From an uncultured Gammaproteobacteria bacterium (lineage in GTDB: Bacteria > Patescibacteriota > Patescibacteriia > Patescibacteriales > GWE2-39-37): DNA of 64,000 bases. Below, piece after piece: positions 37,752 through 47,891 of this stretch. The stretch is from assembly GCA_964443495.1 (NCBI GenBank), contig CAYUCS010000002.1:196021-260020 (forward strand), written 5' to 3'. Each line of letters begins with the position of its first letter. The stretch's first letter is position 1. A model generated the notes under the pieces. The model made no database searches. It had not been told where the DNA came from and saw nothing but the letters and a program-made list of their open reading frames with translations. Position numbers and translations under genes: made by a program.

Positions 37752-39101
37752 CTACTGTCCCAAACGCTTGCCCATCTCGGTCCGGACCTTGTTCAGATCG
37801 ATGATCTCCTGCACGCCCGATTCCATGTCGCGGATCAGGATAGTGCCGTCGGAAAGCTCTTTCTGTCCCAAAATCAGGCTGTATTTGACGTTGAGGCGAT
37901 TAGCCTCTTCGAGTTGGACCTTCAAGCTATCCTTGGAGAACAGCTGGCCGACCTTGAAACCGGCACGGCGCAGCTCCTCAAACAGGACCATGGCGCGACG
38001 GCGCGGCAATTCGCCCAATTGAGCGATGAACAGGTCGACTTCAGCATCTTCCTTGACGGCGATATTCTTTTCCTTGATCTTCATGATCGTGCGTTCGATA
38101 CCGATACCGAAACCGCAGGCCGGAGTCGGGCGGCCGCCCATATACTCGACCAGTTCATCGTAACGGCCGCCGCCGCCGAGAGAACTCTGGCGAGATTCGC
38201 CATCCTCTTCGGTGGTCGTTATTTCAAAGACGGTACGGTTATAATAGTCCAAACCGCGGACCAAAAACGGCTCGAGGTTGTAATTCACGCCCAATTCATC
38301 CAGGTATTCGAGCACCTTGACGAAGTGGTCACGGCAAGGCTCGCAGAGCGAATCAACGATCTGCGGCGCTTCGGCACGCATAGCCACGCACTTCTCTTCC
38401 TTGCAATCCAAAAGCCGCAATGGGTTCTTGGTCAGGCGCTTCTTGCAATCCAAGCACAGTTTGGAGTGGCGGGACTTATCCTTATAATACTTGGTCAGCT
38501 TATCGAGATAACCCTTGCGGCAGTCCTTGCAACCGATGCTATTGATCTGGACCTGGACATCGACCTGGAGTTCGCGGAAAAAATTATAAGCTACCAGGAT
38601 CAGCTGGGCATCAGCCACCGGACCGGCCTCGCCGAACATTTCCATGTCGAATTGGGTAAACTGGCGGTAACGGCCAGCCTGTGGCTTGTCGTGGCGGAAA
38701 GCCGGACCGATCCAGAACATCTTGACCGGCTGCGGCAAATTGAACAGGCCGTGCTCGATATAGGCACGGACCAAGCCCGGCGTGCCTTCGGGACGCAAAG
38801 CCACCTTCTCGGCATTCTTATCGACGAAGGAGTACATCTCCTTGGTCACGATATCGCTGGTCTTGCCTGAAGATCGTTCATAAAGCTCGAGCTTTTCCAG
38901 GACGGGAGTGTCGATCCGCTTGAAGCCGTAAACGCGGGCTAAATCAGATGCTTTCTTGTAAACAACATCCCAGTATTTATACTCATCGAACAGCACATCG
39001 CGCATGCCGCGCAGACGCGAAAAAGTCTTGACGCGCTTGCCCTTGGCCGCAGCGTCTTCCTTGATAGCTGTCTTTTTAGGACTTTTTTTCATCATATACA
39101 T
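37752..39101 (-). CDS. hisS: Histidine--tRNA ligase
   Basis: 449 aa with class II motifs: RGMRDVLFDE, LRPEGTPGLVRAY, FRHDKPQAGRYRQFTQFDMEMFG, GGGGRYDELV. The start overlaps the lepB stop (TAATG at 39099..39103). Alternative ATGs lie 2-3 codons downstream. Confidence 0.95.
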   Translation of the reverse strand: MYMMKKSPKKTAIKEDAAAKGKRVKTFSRLRGMRDVLFDEYKYWDVVYKKASDLARVYGFKRIDTPVLEKLELYERSSGKTSDIVTKEMYSFVDKNAEKVALRPEGTPGLVRAYIEHGLFNLPQPVKMFWIGPAFRHDKPQAGRYRQFTQFDMEMFGEAGPVADAQLILVAYNFFRELQVDVQVQINSIGCKDCRKGYLDKLTKYYKDKSRHSKLCLDCKKRLTKNPLRLLDCKEEKCVAMRAEAPQIVDSLCEPCRDHFVKVLEYLDELGVNYNLEPFLVRGLDYYNRTVFEITTTEEDGESRQSSLGGGGRYDELVEYMGGRPTPACGFGIGIERTIMKIKEKNIAVKEDAEVDLFIAQLGELPRRRAMVLFEELRRAGFKVGQLFSKDSLKVQLEEANRLNVKYSLILGQKELSDGTILIRDMESGVQEIIDLNKVRTEMGKRLGQ

Positions 39102-39667
39102 TAATTGAAATTATACTGCTGCTGATTAAAGAGTTGGACGCGATCGAAGGGGAATCCGCGGAAAAAGACCTTGCCGATGAAAAAGCTCTTATTTACAGGC
39201 CCGAAGTAGCGCGAATCCCTCGAAGAATTGCGGTTATCGCCCAGAACGAAAAACTGATTGTCACTCAAGGTTACCGGCTCCTCGTTCAAGGCATAGGTCC
39301 TCAGGTTAGCCGGCAGATAGGGCTCATCAAGCTTGATGCCGTCAGGATTGGTCTGATTGAAGACATAGACATCGCCGCCCTTGAGCTGGACTTTTTCGCC
39401 AGGCAGGCCGATGATGCGCTTGATGAAATACTCCTGTGGATCCTGCGGGTAGCGGAAAACTACGATGTCGCCGCGCTTCGGCGCGTTGAAACGATAGCTT
39501 ATCTCATCGATGATCAGATACTCCTTATCAAAAAAATTCGGCTCCATCGAGGCGCCTTTGACATAGAACGGCTGTATTAGGAAATACCGGATCGGTATGA
39601 TAATGACCAGCGAGATAACGATAATTTTGACCAACTCAAAAACGAAGGCAAAAAAATCTTTTATCAT
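39101..39667 (-). CDS. lepB: Signal peptidase I
   Basis: 188 aa with an N-terminal TM helix and S26 boxes GASMEPNF, RGDIVVF, KRIIGLPGE and LGDNRNSSRDSRYFGPV. Confidence 0.9.
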   Translation of the reverse strand: MIKDFFAFVFELVKIIVISLVIIIPIRYFLIQPFYVKGASMEPNFFDKEYLIIDEISYRFNAPKRGDIVVFRYPQDPQEYFIKRIIGLPGEKVQLKGGDVYVFNQTNPDGIKLDEPYLPANLRTYALNEEPVTLSDNQFFVLGDNRNSSRDSRYFGPVNKSFFIGKVFFRGFPFDRVQLFNQQQYNFN

Positions 39668-39748
39668 ATTTTCTCTTTATTTTAGCTAATTTTAAACAAA
39701 AAATAACCTTTTCACTGTCTTCTGAGGAATAGGTTGTTTAGCAGTAGA

Positions 39749-39777
39749 ACTATAACACAAAGGGTATCAAAAATCAA
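39749..39777 (-). promoter_or_regulatory. Candidate sigma70-type promoter for lepB-hisS
   Basis: The minus strand reads TTGATT-17 nt-TATAGT with TGT immediately upstream of the -10. It starts 4 nt after the stop of the 2367-aa gene, and no terminator hairpin lies between the genes. Confidence 0.5.
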
Positions 39778-39780
39778 GGG

Positions 39781-42700
39781 CTAGTTTCCCACCTTGCCCA
39801 CCCAGCCGAAGATGTCCTCGAAGTTCTTGAGGATCAGCTGGAAGACGGATTCCTTCTGTTTGGGGGTGAGGATGGTATAGACCTTGCTCGTGGTCTTGTT
39901 GCCGGAGGAATCGGTGGCGGTGATGCGGAAGGTATAGACGGTGCCGGAGTCGAACTTGGTGACCACGGCCACGTGCTTCCTCGAATAGGTGGTCTCGAGA
40001 GCGGTCTTGTCCGGGAACTCCTTGTCGTCGGTGACCACGCCTTTGACGTACTGGACCTGTCCGACGGTCGGCTCGTTGGTCTGCCAGGAGACGATGGTCT
40101 GGACCTTCAACTGCTTGCCCTGGGACAGGGCGGATTCGGTCTGGACGTTGGTGATCTGCGGCGGCAGGTCGTCCTTGGAGGTGGTGAACGGGTCGATGAT
40201 CTCCTCGGCCGTACGCTTCTTGTCATCAACGGCCTTCATGGCCACCTTGTAGATGATACCGGATTCGATATCCTTGACTCTTGCTTCGTGGCGGGTAGAG
40301 CGGGCCTTGTCGTCGATGGTCTGGCTCTCTTCCACGGCCAGCTTGCCCGAGTGGTACGGGGTAATGATGAGCTGGCCGACCGATTCGATGTTAGTGGCCC
40401 AGCGGAAAACCGCCTCCTGGGCGGAAACGACCTCGCTGGAGCTGTTCACTATCTCCAGAGTCTCTTCCCTGGTGGTGAAGACGAAATCGCGCGACTTGGA
40501 CTCCGGTCCGACCGGCGCCTTGCTCCTCAATTGGTAGTGGTAAGTGGTGTCGGGCTTCAATCCTGAAACTTTGACCTGGTGGGCTTTGGTGAAATCATTG
40601 GCTTCGCCCACGGTCTGGATGTATTTGCCTTGGAGATAGCTGCCTTCGGGCGCGTAGGAGACCATACTGTTGGAGTTCTTGTCCGTATTCCAGGAAATGG
40701 TGGCCGTGGTCGCCCCGGTGACCACCAGCGGCTCGCCGCCGAGGATGGGGCCGGGGATGGAGCCGGCCAGCTTCTCGATGGTGTCGAACTGGGTCAGGAG
40801 CGTGGTCTCGAGGGTGCCCAGGGAGACCTGGTTGGCTACCTGGCTCATGATCTCCATGGCCTTGGCGGCAGCGGCCAGGAGGATATTGGTCTTGTTCTCT
40901 TCCTTGCTGGCCGCCTCCTCGGTCAGCTTCTTGATTTCCTCGTCGGTCTTGCCTTCATCTTTCAGTTGGGCTTCGAGGGTGGGGGTGGTGAAGGTCTGGT
41001 CTGATGAAACGCTCAGGTTGCCGGACGCGTCCATTGAGGCGACCTTGTAACTGTAGGTCGTGGCCGGGACAAGGCCCTTGAGTTCGGCTGAGTGATTGGT
41101 CACGTTCTGCCAATCGCCGAAGCTGCCGCTGGTCGTGCCGGTGCCGTAGCTAACGAAGCTGTTCGAGGCCTCGTCGGTAGTCCAGCTAATCCTGGCACTC
41201 TCGGCCTTAACCTCATCAGTCTTGATATTGGAAATCTTGGGGGCGACCTTGTCGGTCTTGTCGATGATGAGGGTGCCGCCCCCGCCCTTCGCATTGGCGG
41301 CAGCCAATTGCTGTTGCAAGCTGGCGACCTGGCTCTGCAGGCTGGAGATGGTGGCGGCATCGGCCGAGCCGGTCGAGGAAGCGGTTGCCTGGAGCGCGGC
41401 GATCTGGGTCAGCAGGGCGTCGATCTGGTCAAGCTTGTCTTGATAGGCGGCGGGGTCGATCGGGGCATCGGCCGTGGTGAAGGAATATTCGCTCGAAGTC
41501 GCCGTCTGGCCGAGAGCGTCATTGGAGACGACGCGGAAGAAGTACTGGGTGGTCGAGGCTAGGCCGTTAAGGATAATGGTATGCTCTGTGGTCGAGGCGG
41601 CATTCGCCTGATTCAGGGTATAGGTATCAGACTGGGTGCCATAGATGACGCTGGAATCGGACTGGTGATTGGTCGACCAGGTAATGACAGCCGAGGTGTC
41701 GGTAATGGTGCTCGTAGCGACGTTGGAGATGGCCAGTGGTTGGACGATAGCGCTGAAAGAGTAGAAGTCCGGAGCGGCTGGCATGACCGTGGTATTGCCC
41801 GAGGCGTCAGTCGAACGGATACGGAAATAGTATGTCTGATTGGCGGTCAGGCCGTCGATGGCGACGACGTGGCTGTTTGAGAGGTCGCTCCGGCCGACCT
41901 GCTTGTAGGTCGACTCGAAGGTGGAAGTAACGTTGGTAGTGGCATACTCGACGTAGCCGGTAGCCGTTTCGTCGGGCGTAGTCCAGGTAATGACCGCGTT
42001 GGTCTGGCTCGTAACGATGAAGTCGGACGAGGTGGCGATGGTCGGGGCGGTCGTGTCAGGCGCGGCCAAAGTGGTCGTCGTGGCGGTGTTGTCGGTGTCG
42101 GTGTTGCCGTTAGCATCACGAGCCTCGATGGCGATACTATAGATTGTGGCGGCAGTCAGGCCGGCAAAATCGAAACGATGGGCGGTGTTCAGGGTATCGA
42201 TGGTCATGGCCCAAGTCTCATCGCTGGTCGTCAGAATTACGGTAGTGGTTGCCGGCTTGGCGGTCGCGAATTGGATTACGGCTGAATTATTAGTAGCCGA
42301 AGAGGTGATATTCGAAATAGTCGGCGGGGTCAGGTCACGGGTGGTGGTGAAGGTAAAGTAGTTCCCTGAGTTGTCGTCGCGGGCGTTAGAAGATTTGACG
42401 TAGAAATAGTATTTGGTACCAGGATTTAGACCGAACAGGGTGACGGCGTGACTCATGACCGAGTCGGAACTGCCCAACTCGACCGAACCGGCCATGGTCG
42501 GATTGGTCGAGAAGACGACGTAGGAGTCGGCGTTCTGGTCGGTCTCCCAGGCGATATCGACCGTGTTGTTGGCGACGGATGTGACTTGGGTGGAGGAGGC
42601 GACGATTGACGGGCCGGATTGGGTGGTGAACGCCGGTGCGAGCGTGTCGCAAGTCGAGAGACCGGTCACGCCGCCAGCACCGGTCGAGCGAGCTTGGAAG

Positions 42701-45700
42701 TAGTAGGTGGTGTTGGGTAAGAGGCTGGTGATAGTCACCTGATGGCGGCCGAGCCCGGCTGCGTTATTAACCATGGTGGCCAGACCGACCGAGGTGGCGG
42801 CCGAAAAATCGCAACTCGAAGTCCCAGTCTGATAGTAAACGACCGAGTCGGAGAGCATATCGGTGTCCCAGGAAACGGTAGCCTGGGTGGTAAAGACCGA
42901 GGAGGTGGCGATGCTCGAGATGACCGGCGGCACGGTGCCAGCGCCTCCGCCTCCCTCGCCGCGATCCTGGATGCCATTGGCATTGCCCCACATAGCATCG
43001 GAAAGGTAGGAAATGTTGCCGTCATTGTCCTCGATGGCCGCCTTGTACCAGACATCAATGACGGACGGCATATCGACATCAGTGAAATAATTGACGTTGA
43101 AGACCGTAGTGGTGGCAATGAGGCTGTAGGGACCGCTGGCGGCCGTAGCACGGTAGATATCATAACGCCTGAAGCCGTGGACCGGTGTGCTAGTCGGGCG
43201 CTTCCAGGAGATGAATAGGCGATACTCTTCCTGTCCGGCCGTCTTGACGTTCGAGGTGTCCTGAATCATGGTCATCAAGAGCTGCTCCGGCAGTGTGGTC
43301 GAGGTGGTGGTGATGTTATTGTAAGCATCCCTGAAGGCAGCATAAACGGTAGTGGCCAGCGGGCCGGTCGGCAGGGTCATGGTGGCGTTGGCGAGATAGG
43401 CCGGCCAGGCGGAATTATCAGAGAGGGGGTCATAGGCGTCGAGGTCGGTCCAGAGCTTGTAGGCAAAGGTGGAGTTGTCGGTGGCCGAGAGGGTGACGGT
43501 GGCCGGATTGGCGCGGGCATCGACAATGACAGGAGTAGCGCCCAGGATCGGATTCTTGGTGTCGAGGATGAAGTAGTTCGAGGTCGAGTAGGAGATATTG
43601 TTAGCGCCCTCAGTGTCGTCAGCCGAGAGCCGGACCTTGAAATTGGCGCCGTTGTACTGGTCGGGATAATTGGCCTTAGCATTCCAAAGCAGGCTGTAAT
43701 TGGTGTAATTGGTCGAACTGGCAGTATCGACAGAGGTGGTGGCATATTGGCCAGAGATAGTCGCGGCATCGGCAGTCGCCCAGACTTCGGTACCGGTGGC
43801 GGCGCAGTTGGCGGTGCAGTACTGGAGACGGATGACAACCTCGCCCGGAATCTTAGTGCCGGTAATCGAGTCGGTGTCACGAACGGCGTAGTCGATAGCG
43901 ACCGAGCCGGTGGCTGAGAGGACGAGCGGGGTGGTCGTGGCGATGTAGAGTTCAGGGACAACATTGACCACGTAGGTCAGGGTGACACCGGAGAGGGTGG
44001 GAGTGTAGTCACCGGCCGAGGTCAGGCGGGTGCGGTATTGGATCCACTTGTCGTTCGAGCCGTCGCCCAGAACGGAGGCCACGCCCTCGGCGGCGCCGGT
44101 GTAGTCAGTGTAGCTGGTGGTGGTGCCGGTCGGGCCGTACCACTCAGTCCAGGAAGAGCCGTCTGGCGAGGTGCGGAGCTGGAACGTGATGTCGGTGCCC
44201 GTGGCCAGACTCTCGACCCATTGGATATCAGAGAGAAGATTGCCACCGTCGGTGGTGTCGTAGGCGGATGAGGTGAGGTAAGAAGATGTGGCGTAGTAAT
44301 TGTAATTCAGAGTAACATCATTCAGGATGGGGGTGGCATTGTTGTTTATGGAGTAACGCCAAAAGGCATTGGTGTTGTTGCCTCTGAAAGCGTATAGATT
44401 ACCATTCATATCATACGTGAGCGAACCGCCATCATATACATTTGCGGGGGCGTTGGTCATGACGGTCCAAGTATTGGAAGTGATGCTGTAGCGCCAAAAT
44501 TCCGTAGTGGACCTTCCGCGAAAAGCATAGATATTACCGTTAAAATCATATGCCAAAGAAGCACCATCATTAGTAACGGCCGGCGCAGGTGCCATGGTCG
44601 ACCATGCGTTGGTGGCTAAATTATACTTGTAAAATGTGGCCGAGTCATTGGCGGCAAACATAAACATGTTGCCATTGCCATCATAAGCAGTCGCGGAATG
44701 ATTATAAACACCGCTCGGAACCGGACTTAACGATGTCCAAGTATTGGAAGCGGTGTTATATAAATAAAACGAACTTCCGCTATACCCAGCCGGGGCATAA
44801 ATATTGCCGTTATACCCAAATGACATGCCGGCTCCCATGTGTGTAGACGGCATGTAAGGGGGGCCGGTGGAGGTCCAGGTATTTGCTGCTATGGAATATC
44901 GATTAAGCGACGCCGTGTTTCCGGCAATATAATAAATATAACCCTTGTTGTCATAAGCGATGCCGCCACCTTCATGCGAGTAAACATTTGTCTTGGTTGA
45001 CCAGGTGCCGGATGCGATATTATATTTATAAAAACCGTAATTGTATCCACCCTGAGTAACGTACACATTCCCATTGTTATCGTAAACCGAGGCTCCGCCA
45101 TGCCCCACATTCGCCAAAGTTACCGGCATCGACGACCACCCTCCACCGCTCAGATACGCTTTGTAGCGGAAGTATCTCTTTTGATTTAGACTGGCCGGCA
45201 CTGCCTGGCCAGGAGTGGTAAAATAGGTGCTAGTAGCGCCGTTCGGGCCGACATAAACCCAAGGCCCGCCAACGGCATCAGCCGTAGCGATCTGCAACTG
45301 TAAGGTCGTGCCAGCTGGGGTCGAAGAAGAATAGTTTAAAGTCGTCAAAAAACTCTTGGCCCCCAAGTCAATGGTAGCTGATTCGATAGTGCCGGAATTA
45401 GCAAAGACATCATTGATATTGTACTTCCGAAAACTGTTGGTCAGGTTTCCGTTAAGCGAATAGACTGATCCATTATAATCATAAGCGAGGGCTCCGCAGT
45501 GATTGCCGCAACTCAAGCCTGAAGCCTTGGCTGTCCACGAGTTAGCCGCGATGTTGTATTTATAAAACCCTCCCCCGGTAACAGGCCCGAGATAAATGTT
45601 GCCATTGCCGTCATAAGTCAAGACATTATCAGTATTGTTCACCGTTACCGGAGTATCGGCTACTGGCGTCCACGTATTCGCGGCAATATTATATTTCTTG

Positions 45701-46884
45701 AATACGCTCGAGCCATTACCAGGAAGTCCGAAAATATTGCCGTTGCCGTCCGAAACCAGCGATCCGCCATTGTATACGCCAACACCAAAATCGGCCTTAC
45801 TAGTCCAGACATTAGAAGCTATGTTATATTGATAAAAAGTCGAATTGTATTCCCCCTGAAAGGCAAACATGTTGCCATTGCCATCAAAAGCCATCGCGGA
45901 GCCGTGCCAATAATTCACCGGAAAATTAGCTTTGGCCGTCCAGTTATTGGCAGCAATGTCATATCTGTAAAAAGCGTTGCTATTACCTCCTAAAAGAGAA
46001 AAGAAGCCGCCATTGCCATCATATGCAAGAGAGGCGCCCAAAGTTGCTCCTGGTGAAGGCAGGTTTGCCTTTGTGACCCAAGTGTTAGAAGCGATACTAT
46101 ATTTCCAAAACCCTGTTCCGCCCCATCCAGCCAAAGCGTAAAAATTACCATTACTGTCATATGCCAGCCCGGTGGCATACTGAGTGGCCAATGGTGTATT
46201 TGCCAAGACGCTCCAGGTGTCGGCCGAGGAAAGCTTATTTAATTGCACATTGCCCGCAGCCCCGCTGCCGTTGACCAGCACGCTCGATGAAGCTACGGCG
46301 CTCAAGAAGTCTGCGTCAGATGTCTGCGTTTTTGAGGCAGAAGAGGTGGCGACTTGTACGGTCGAACCGACCAGCTTGATGCTTGAGGATGCATTAAGGT
46401 AATAATTCCAGCCGGTGCGATTGCTGGCATGGGTGGCGACGGTCGTAGTAGCACCGCCGGACCAGCCGGACTGGTTCCAGCCGAAAGTAGCGGCTTGTCC
46501 TGGCAGCTTGCCGCCGAAAAGAAAGTTGGTAATCAGCGAAGTTGTGACGGAAACGACAACCAGGGCAGTCGCACCTGCGACGGAAAAGAGCCTGATGCGC
46601 TGGCGGATGGCCTTAAATTGGTGATATGAGTAGGGACAGCTCTTTAACTCACGCTGCCGAAAAAAAAGATTGAAAGAGTCGCCAGGATCGGAAAATAAAA
46701 TCACGATGAACTTGACGTTATCGGTGACGATTTGCCAAAACACCAGCTGGATATTCAGGATGATCAACTCAAAATAAAATAGCCTGGTAGCATAATCCTC
46801 TCCTAAGCGCGCCTCAAGCTTACTGGAAAGCTTGATTTCAGTAATTTGTATTTTTGATTGTAAGAATTTATACAGGGTAAGCAT
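39781..46884 (-). CDS. Giant membrane-anchored surface protein (up to 2367 aa): two six-bladed Kelch-like beta-propellers, beta-sandwich domains, ~9 Fn3-like domains and a coiled coil
   Basis: Twelve ~47-aa blades in two sets of six with the motif [FW][YWR][KR]Y[NS]IA.N.WT...(L)AYDGNGN[IFM][YF], for example AYDSNGNFY, AYDGNGGFF, AFDGNGNMF. Repeated Fn3-like units include VSWDTD..VVYY, IAWETD..YVVF, ISWTTDEASNSFVSYG. Coiled-coil segment: LDQIDALLTQIAALQ...LQSQVASLQQQLAAANA. TM anchor: IRLFSVAGATALVVVSVTTSLITNFLF. The true start is uncertain (see findings). Confidence 0.85.
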   Translation of the reverse strand: MLTLYKFLQSKIQITEIKLSSKLEARLGEDYATRLFYFELIILNIQLVFWQIVTDNVKFIVILFSDPGDSFNLFFRQRELKSCPYSYHQFKAIRQRIRLFSVAGATALVVVSVTTSLITNFLFGGKLPGQAATFGWNQSGWSGGATTTVATHASNRTGWNYYLNASSSIKLVGSTVQVATSSASKTQTSDADFLSAVASSSVLVNGSGAAGNVQLNKLSSADTWSVLANTPLATQYATGLAYDSNGNFYALAGWGGTGFWKYSIASNTWVTKANLPSPGATLGASLAYDGNGGFFSLLGGNSNAFYRYDIAANNWTAKANFPVNYWHGSAMAFDGNGNMFAFQGEYNSTFYQYNIASNVWTSKADFGVGVYNGGSLVSDGNGNIFGLPGNGSSVFKKYNIAANTWTPVADTPVTVNNTDNVLTYDGNGNIYLGPVTGGGFYKYNIAANSWTAKASGLSCGNHCGALAYDYNGSVYSLNGNLTNSFRKYNINDVFANSGTIESATIDLGAKSFLTTLNYSSSTPAGTTLQLQIATADAVGGPWVYVGPNGATSTYFTTPGQAVPASLNQKRYFRYKAYLSGGGWSSMPVTLANVGHGGASVYDNNGNVYVTQGGYNYGFYKYNIASGTWSTKTNVYSHEGGGIAYDNKGYIYYIAGNTASLNRYSIAANTWTSTGPPYMPSTHMGAGMSFGYNGNIYAPAGYSGSSFYLYNTASNTWTSLSPVPSGVYNHSATAYDGNGNMFMFAANDSATFYKYNLATNAWSTMAPAPAVTNDGASLAYDFNGNIYAFRGRSTTEFWRYSITSNTWTVMTNAPANVYDGGSLTYDMNGNLYAFRGNNTNAFWRYSINNNATPILNDVTLNYNYYATSSYLTSSAYDTTDGGNLLSDIQWVESLATGTDITFQLRTSPDGSSWTEWYGPTGTTTSYTDYTGAAEGVASVLGDGSNDKWIQYRTRLTSAGDYTPTLSGVTLTYVVNVVPELYIATTTPLVLSATGSVAIDYAVRDTDSITGTKIPGEVVIRLQYCTANCAATGTEVWATADAATISGQYATTSVDTASSTNYTNYSLLWNAKANYPDQYNGANFKVRLSADDTEGANNISYSTSNYFILDTKNPILGATPVIVDARANPATVTLSATDNSTFAYKLWTDLDAYDPLSDNSAWPAYLANATMTLPTGPLATTVYAAFRDAYNNITTTSTTLPEQLLMTMIQDTSNVKTAGQEEYRLFISWKRPTSTPVHGFRRYDIYRATAASGPYSLIATTTVFNVNYFTDVDMPSVIDVWYKAAIEDNDGNISYLSDAMWGNANGIQDRGEGGGGAGTVPPVISSIATSSVFTTQATVSWDTDMLSDSVVYYQTGTSSCDFSAATSVGLATMVNNAAGLGRHQVTITSLLPNTTYYFQARSTGAGGVTGLSTCDTLAPAFTTQSGPSIVASSTQVTSVANNTVDIAWETDQNADSYVVFSTNPTMAGSVELGSSDSVMSHAVTLFGLNPGTKYYFYVKSSNARDDNSGNYFTFTTTRDLTPPTISNITSSATNNSAVIQFATAKPATTTVILTTSDETWAMTIDTLNTAHRFDFAGLTAATIYSIAIEARDANGNTDTDNTATTTTLAAPDTTAPTIATSSDFIVTSQTNAVITWTTPDETATGYVEYATTNVTSTFESTYKQVGRSDLSNSHVVAIDGLTANQTYYFRIRSTDASGNTTVMPAAPDFYSFSAIVQPLAISNVATSTITDTSAVITWSTNHQSDSSVIYGTQSDTYTLNQANAASTTEHTIILNGLASTTQYFFRVVSNDALGQTATSSEYSFTTADAPIDPAAYQDKLDQIDALLTQIAALQATASSTGSADAATISSLQSQVASLQQQLAAANAKGGGGTLIIDKTDKVAPKISNIKTDEVKAESARISWTTDEASNSFVSYGTGTTSGSFGDWQNVTNHSAELKGLVPATTYSYKVASMDASGNLSVSSDQTFTTPTLEAQLKDEGKTDEEIKKLTEEAASKEENKTNILLAAAAKAMEIMSQVANQVSLGTLETTLLTQFDTIEKLAGSIPGPILGGEPLVVTGATTATISWNTDKNSNSMVSYAPEGSYLQGKYIQTVGEANDFTKAHQVKVSGLKPDTTYHYQLRSKAPVGPESKSRDFVFTTREETLEIVNSSSEVVSAQEAVFRWATNIESVGQLIITPYHSGKLAVEESQTIDDKARSTRHEARVKDIESGIIYKVAMKAVDDKKRTAEEIIDPFTTSKDDLPPQITNVQTESALSQGKQLKVQTIVSWQTNEPTVGQVQYVKGVVTDDKEFPDKTALETTYSRKHVAVVTKFDSGTVYTFRITATDSSGNKTTSKVYTILTPKQKESVFQLILKNFEDIFGWVGKVGN

Positions 46885-46939
46885 GACGGCCTAAAAATTT
46901 CCGGAAAAATAGTGAATCTTATTTTTAGATTGTCATTTT

Positions 46940-46948
46940 ATTATACCA
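46940..46948 (-). promoter_or_regulatory. Extended -10 promoter TGGTATAAT of the 2367-aa gene
   Basis: The reverse complement of 46940..46948 is TGGTATAAT, ~56 nt upstream of the annotated ATG (46884). Confidence 0.55.
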
Positions 46949-46971
46949 CATCACCCCTTAACGCTCAAAGC

Positions 46972-47005
46972 AAAAAACAGCCGCCAATATCGGCGGCTGT
47001 TTTTA
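46972..47005 (-). terminator. Rho-independent terminator downstream of parB
   Basis: Stem acagccgcc / ggcggctgt with a 6-nt loop, followed on the minus strand by TTTTTTG. Confidence 0.85.
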
Positions 47006-47015
47006 TCTGAATTCG

Positions 47016-47891
47016 CTATTTCACTAATTTTCCCATCAATCCGGAAAGCTCTTCATCGCTGTAAAAATCCACGACGATCTGCCCGCCCTTGGATTTGCGC
47101 CTAATCTCCACCTTAGTGCCGAGCGCCGTCCGGAGTTTCTGCTCCTTGTCCTGGTCCTGCAGGTTCGGCTGGACGCGCGCCTGCTTGGTGCCACCCATCT
47201 TGCGCGATTCATGTGCTGCATCGTTGACCGACAGGCCGGTGTGGACGATATTGCGATACAGAGTCATCTGCTTGACCTCGGTGTCCAGACCCAGGATCAG
47301 CTTGGCGTGACTCTCGGTAATCTTGCCCTCTATCAGCCCCTGCTGGATATCATTAGGCAAGTTGAGAAGCCTGATCGTATTAGCAATGCTCGGTCGCGGT
47401 TTGCCTAGGCGCTTGGACAAATCTTCCTGACTCAGGTTGAACTCGTTCATCAGCTTCTGATATGACAAGGCCGTTTCAACAGGATTCAGGTTCTCGCGCT
47501 GGATATTCTCTATCAAGGCGATTTCTAGCATTTCCTGCTCCTTGGTGTCGCGCACGATGACCGGCACGGTTGGCAACTTCAAAATCCGAGCAGACCGCAA
47601 ACGGCGCTCGCCGGCAATCAATTCATAGCCGTTACCTTTCTTGGTGACGATCAACGGCTGGATGATGCCATACTGCCTGATCGATTCGACCAATTCGTTC
47701 TGCTGCTGTTCGGAAAACTGCTTGCGTGGCTGCAAATGATTGACGACGACATCGTTCGGTGCCAGATGCAAGATGCGATCCTTGTCCGATTCGCTGGTCG
47801 TAGCAACGATAGTTTCGCCGCTCTCAGTCGTCACCTTATTCACTTTTTGCGGGATGAGCGAACCCAATCCGCGACCTAAAGCTGTGGCCAT
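47016..47891 (-). CDS. parB: Chromosome partitioning protein ParB/Spo0J
   Basis: 291 aa. GRGLGSLIP, IQPLIVTKKGNGYELIAGERRLRSARILKLPTVPVIV and an HTH region LSQEDLSKRLGKPRPSIANTIRLL. Confidence 0.95.
   Translation of the reverse strand: MATALGRGLGSLIPQKVNKVTTESGETIVATTSESDKDRILHLAPNDVVVNHLQPRKQFSEQQQNELVESIRQYGIIQPLIVTKKGNGYELIAGERRLRSARILKLPTVPVIVRDTKEQEMLEIALIENIQRENLNPVETALSYQKLMNEFNLSQEDLSKRLGKPRPSIANTIRLLNLPNDIQQGLIEGKITESHAKLILGLDTEVKQMTLYRNIVHTGLSVNDAAHESRKMGGTKQARVQPNLQDQDKEQKLRTALGTKVEIRRKSKGGQIVVDFYSDEELSGLMGKLVK

Noticed and set aside
37914-38870. 318-aa plus-strand ORF antisense to hisS
   Set aside because: hisS motifs on the minus strand are unambiguous. The antisense product has no recognisable features.
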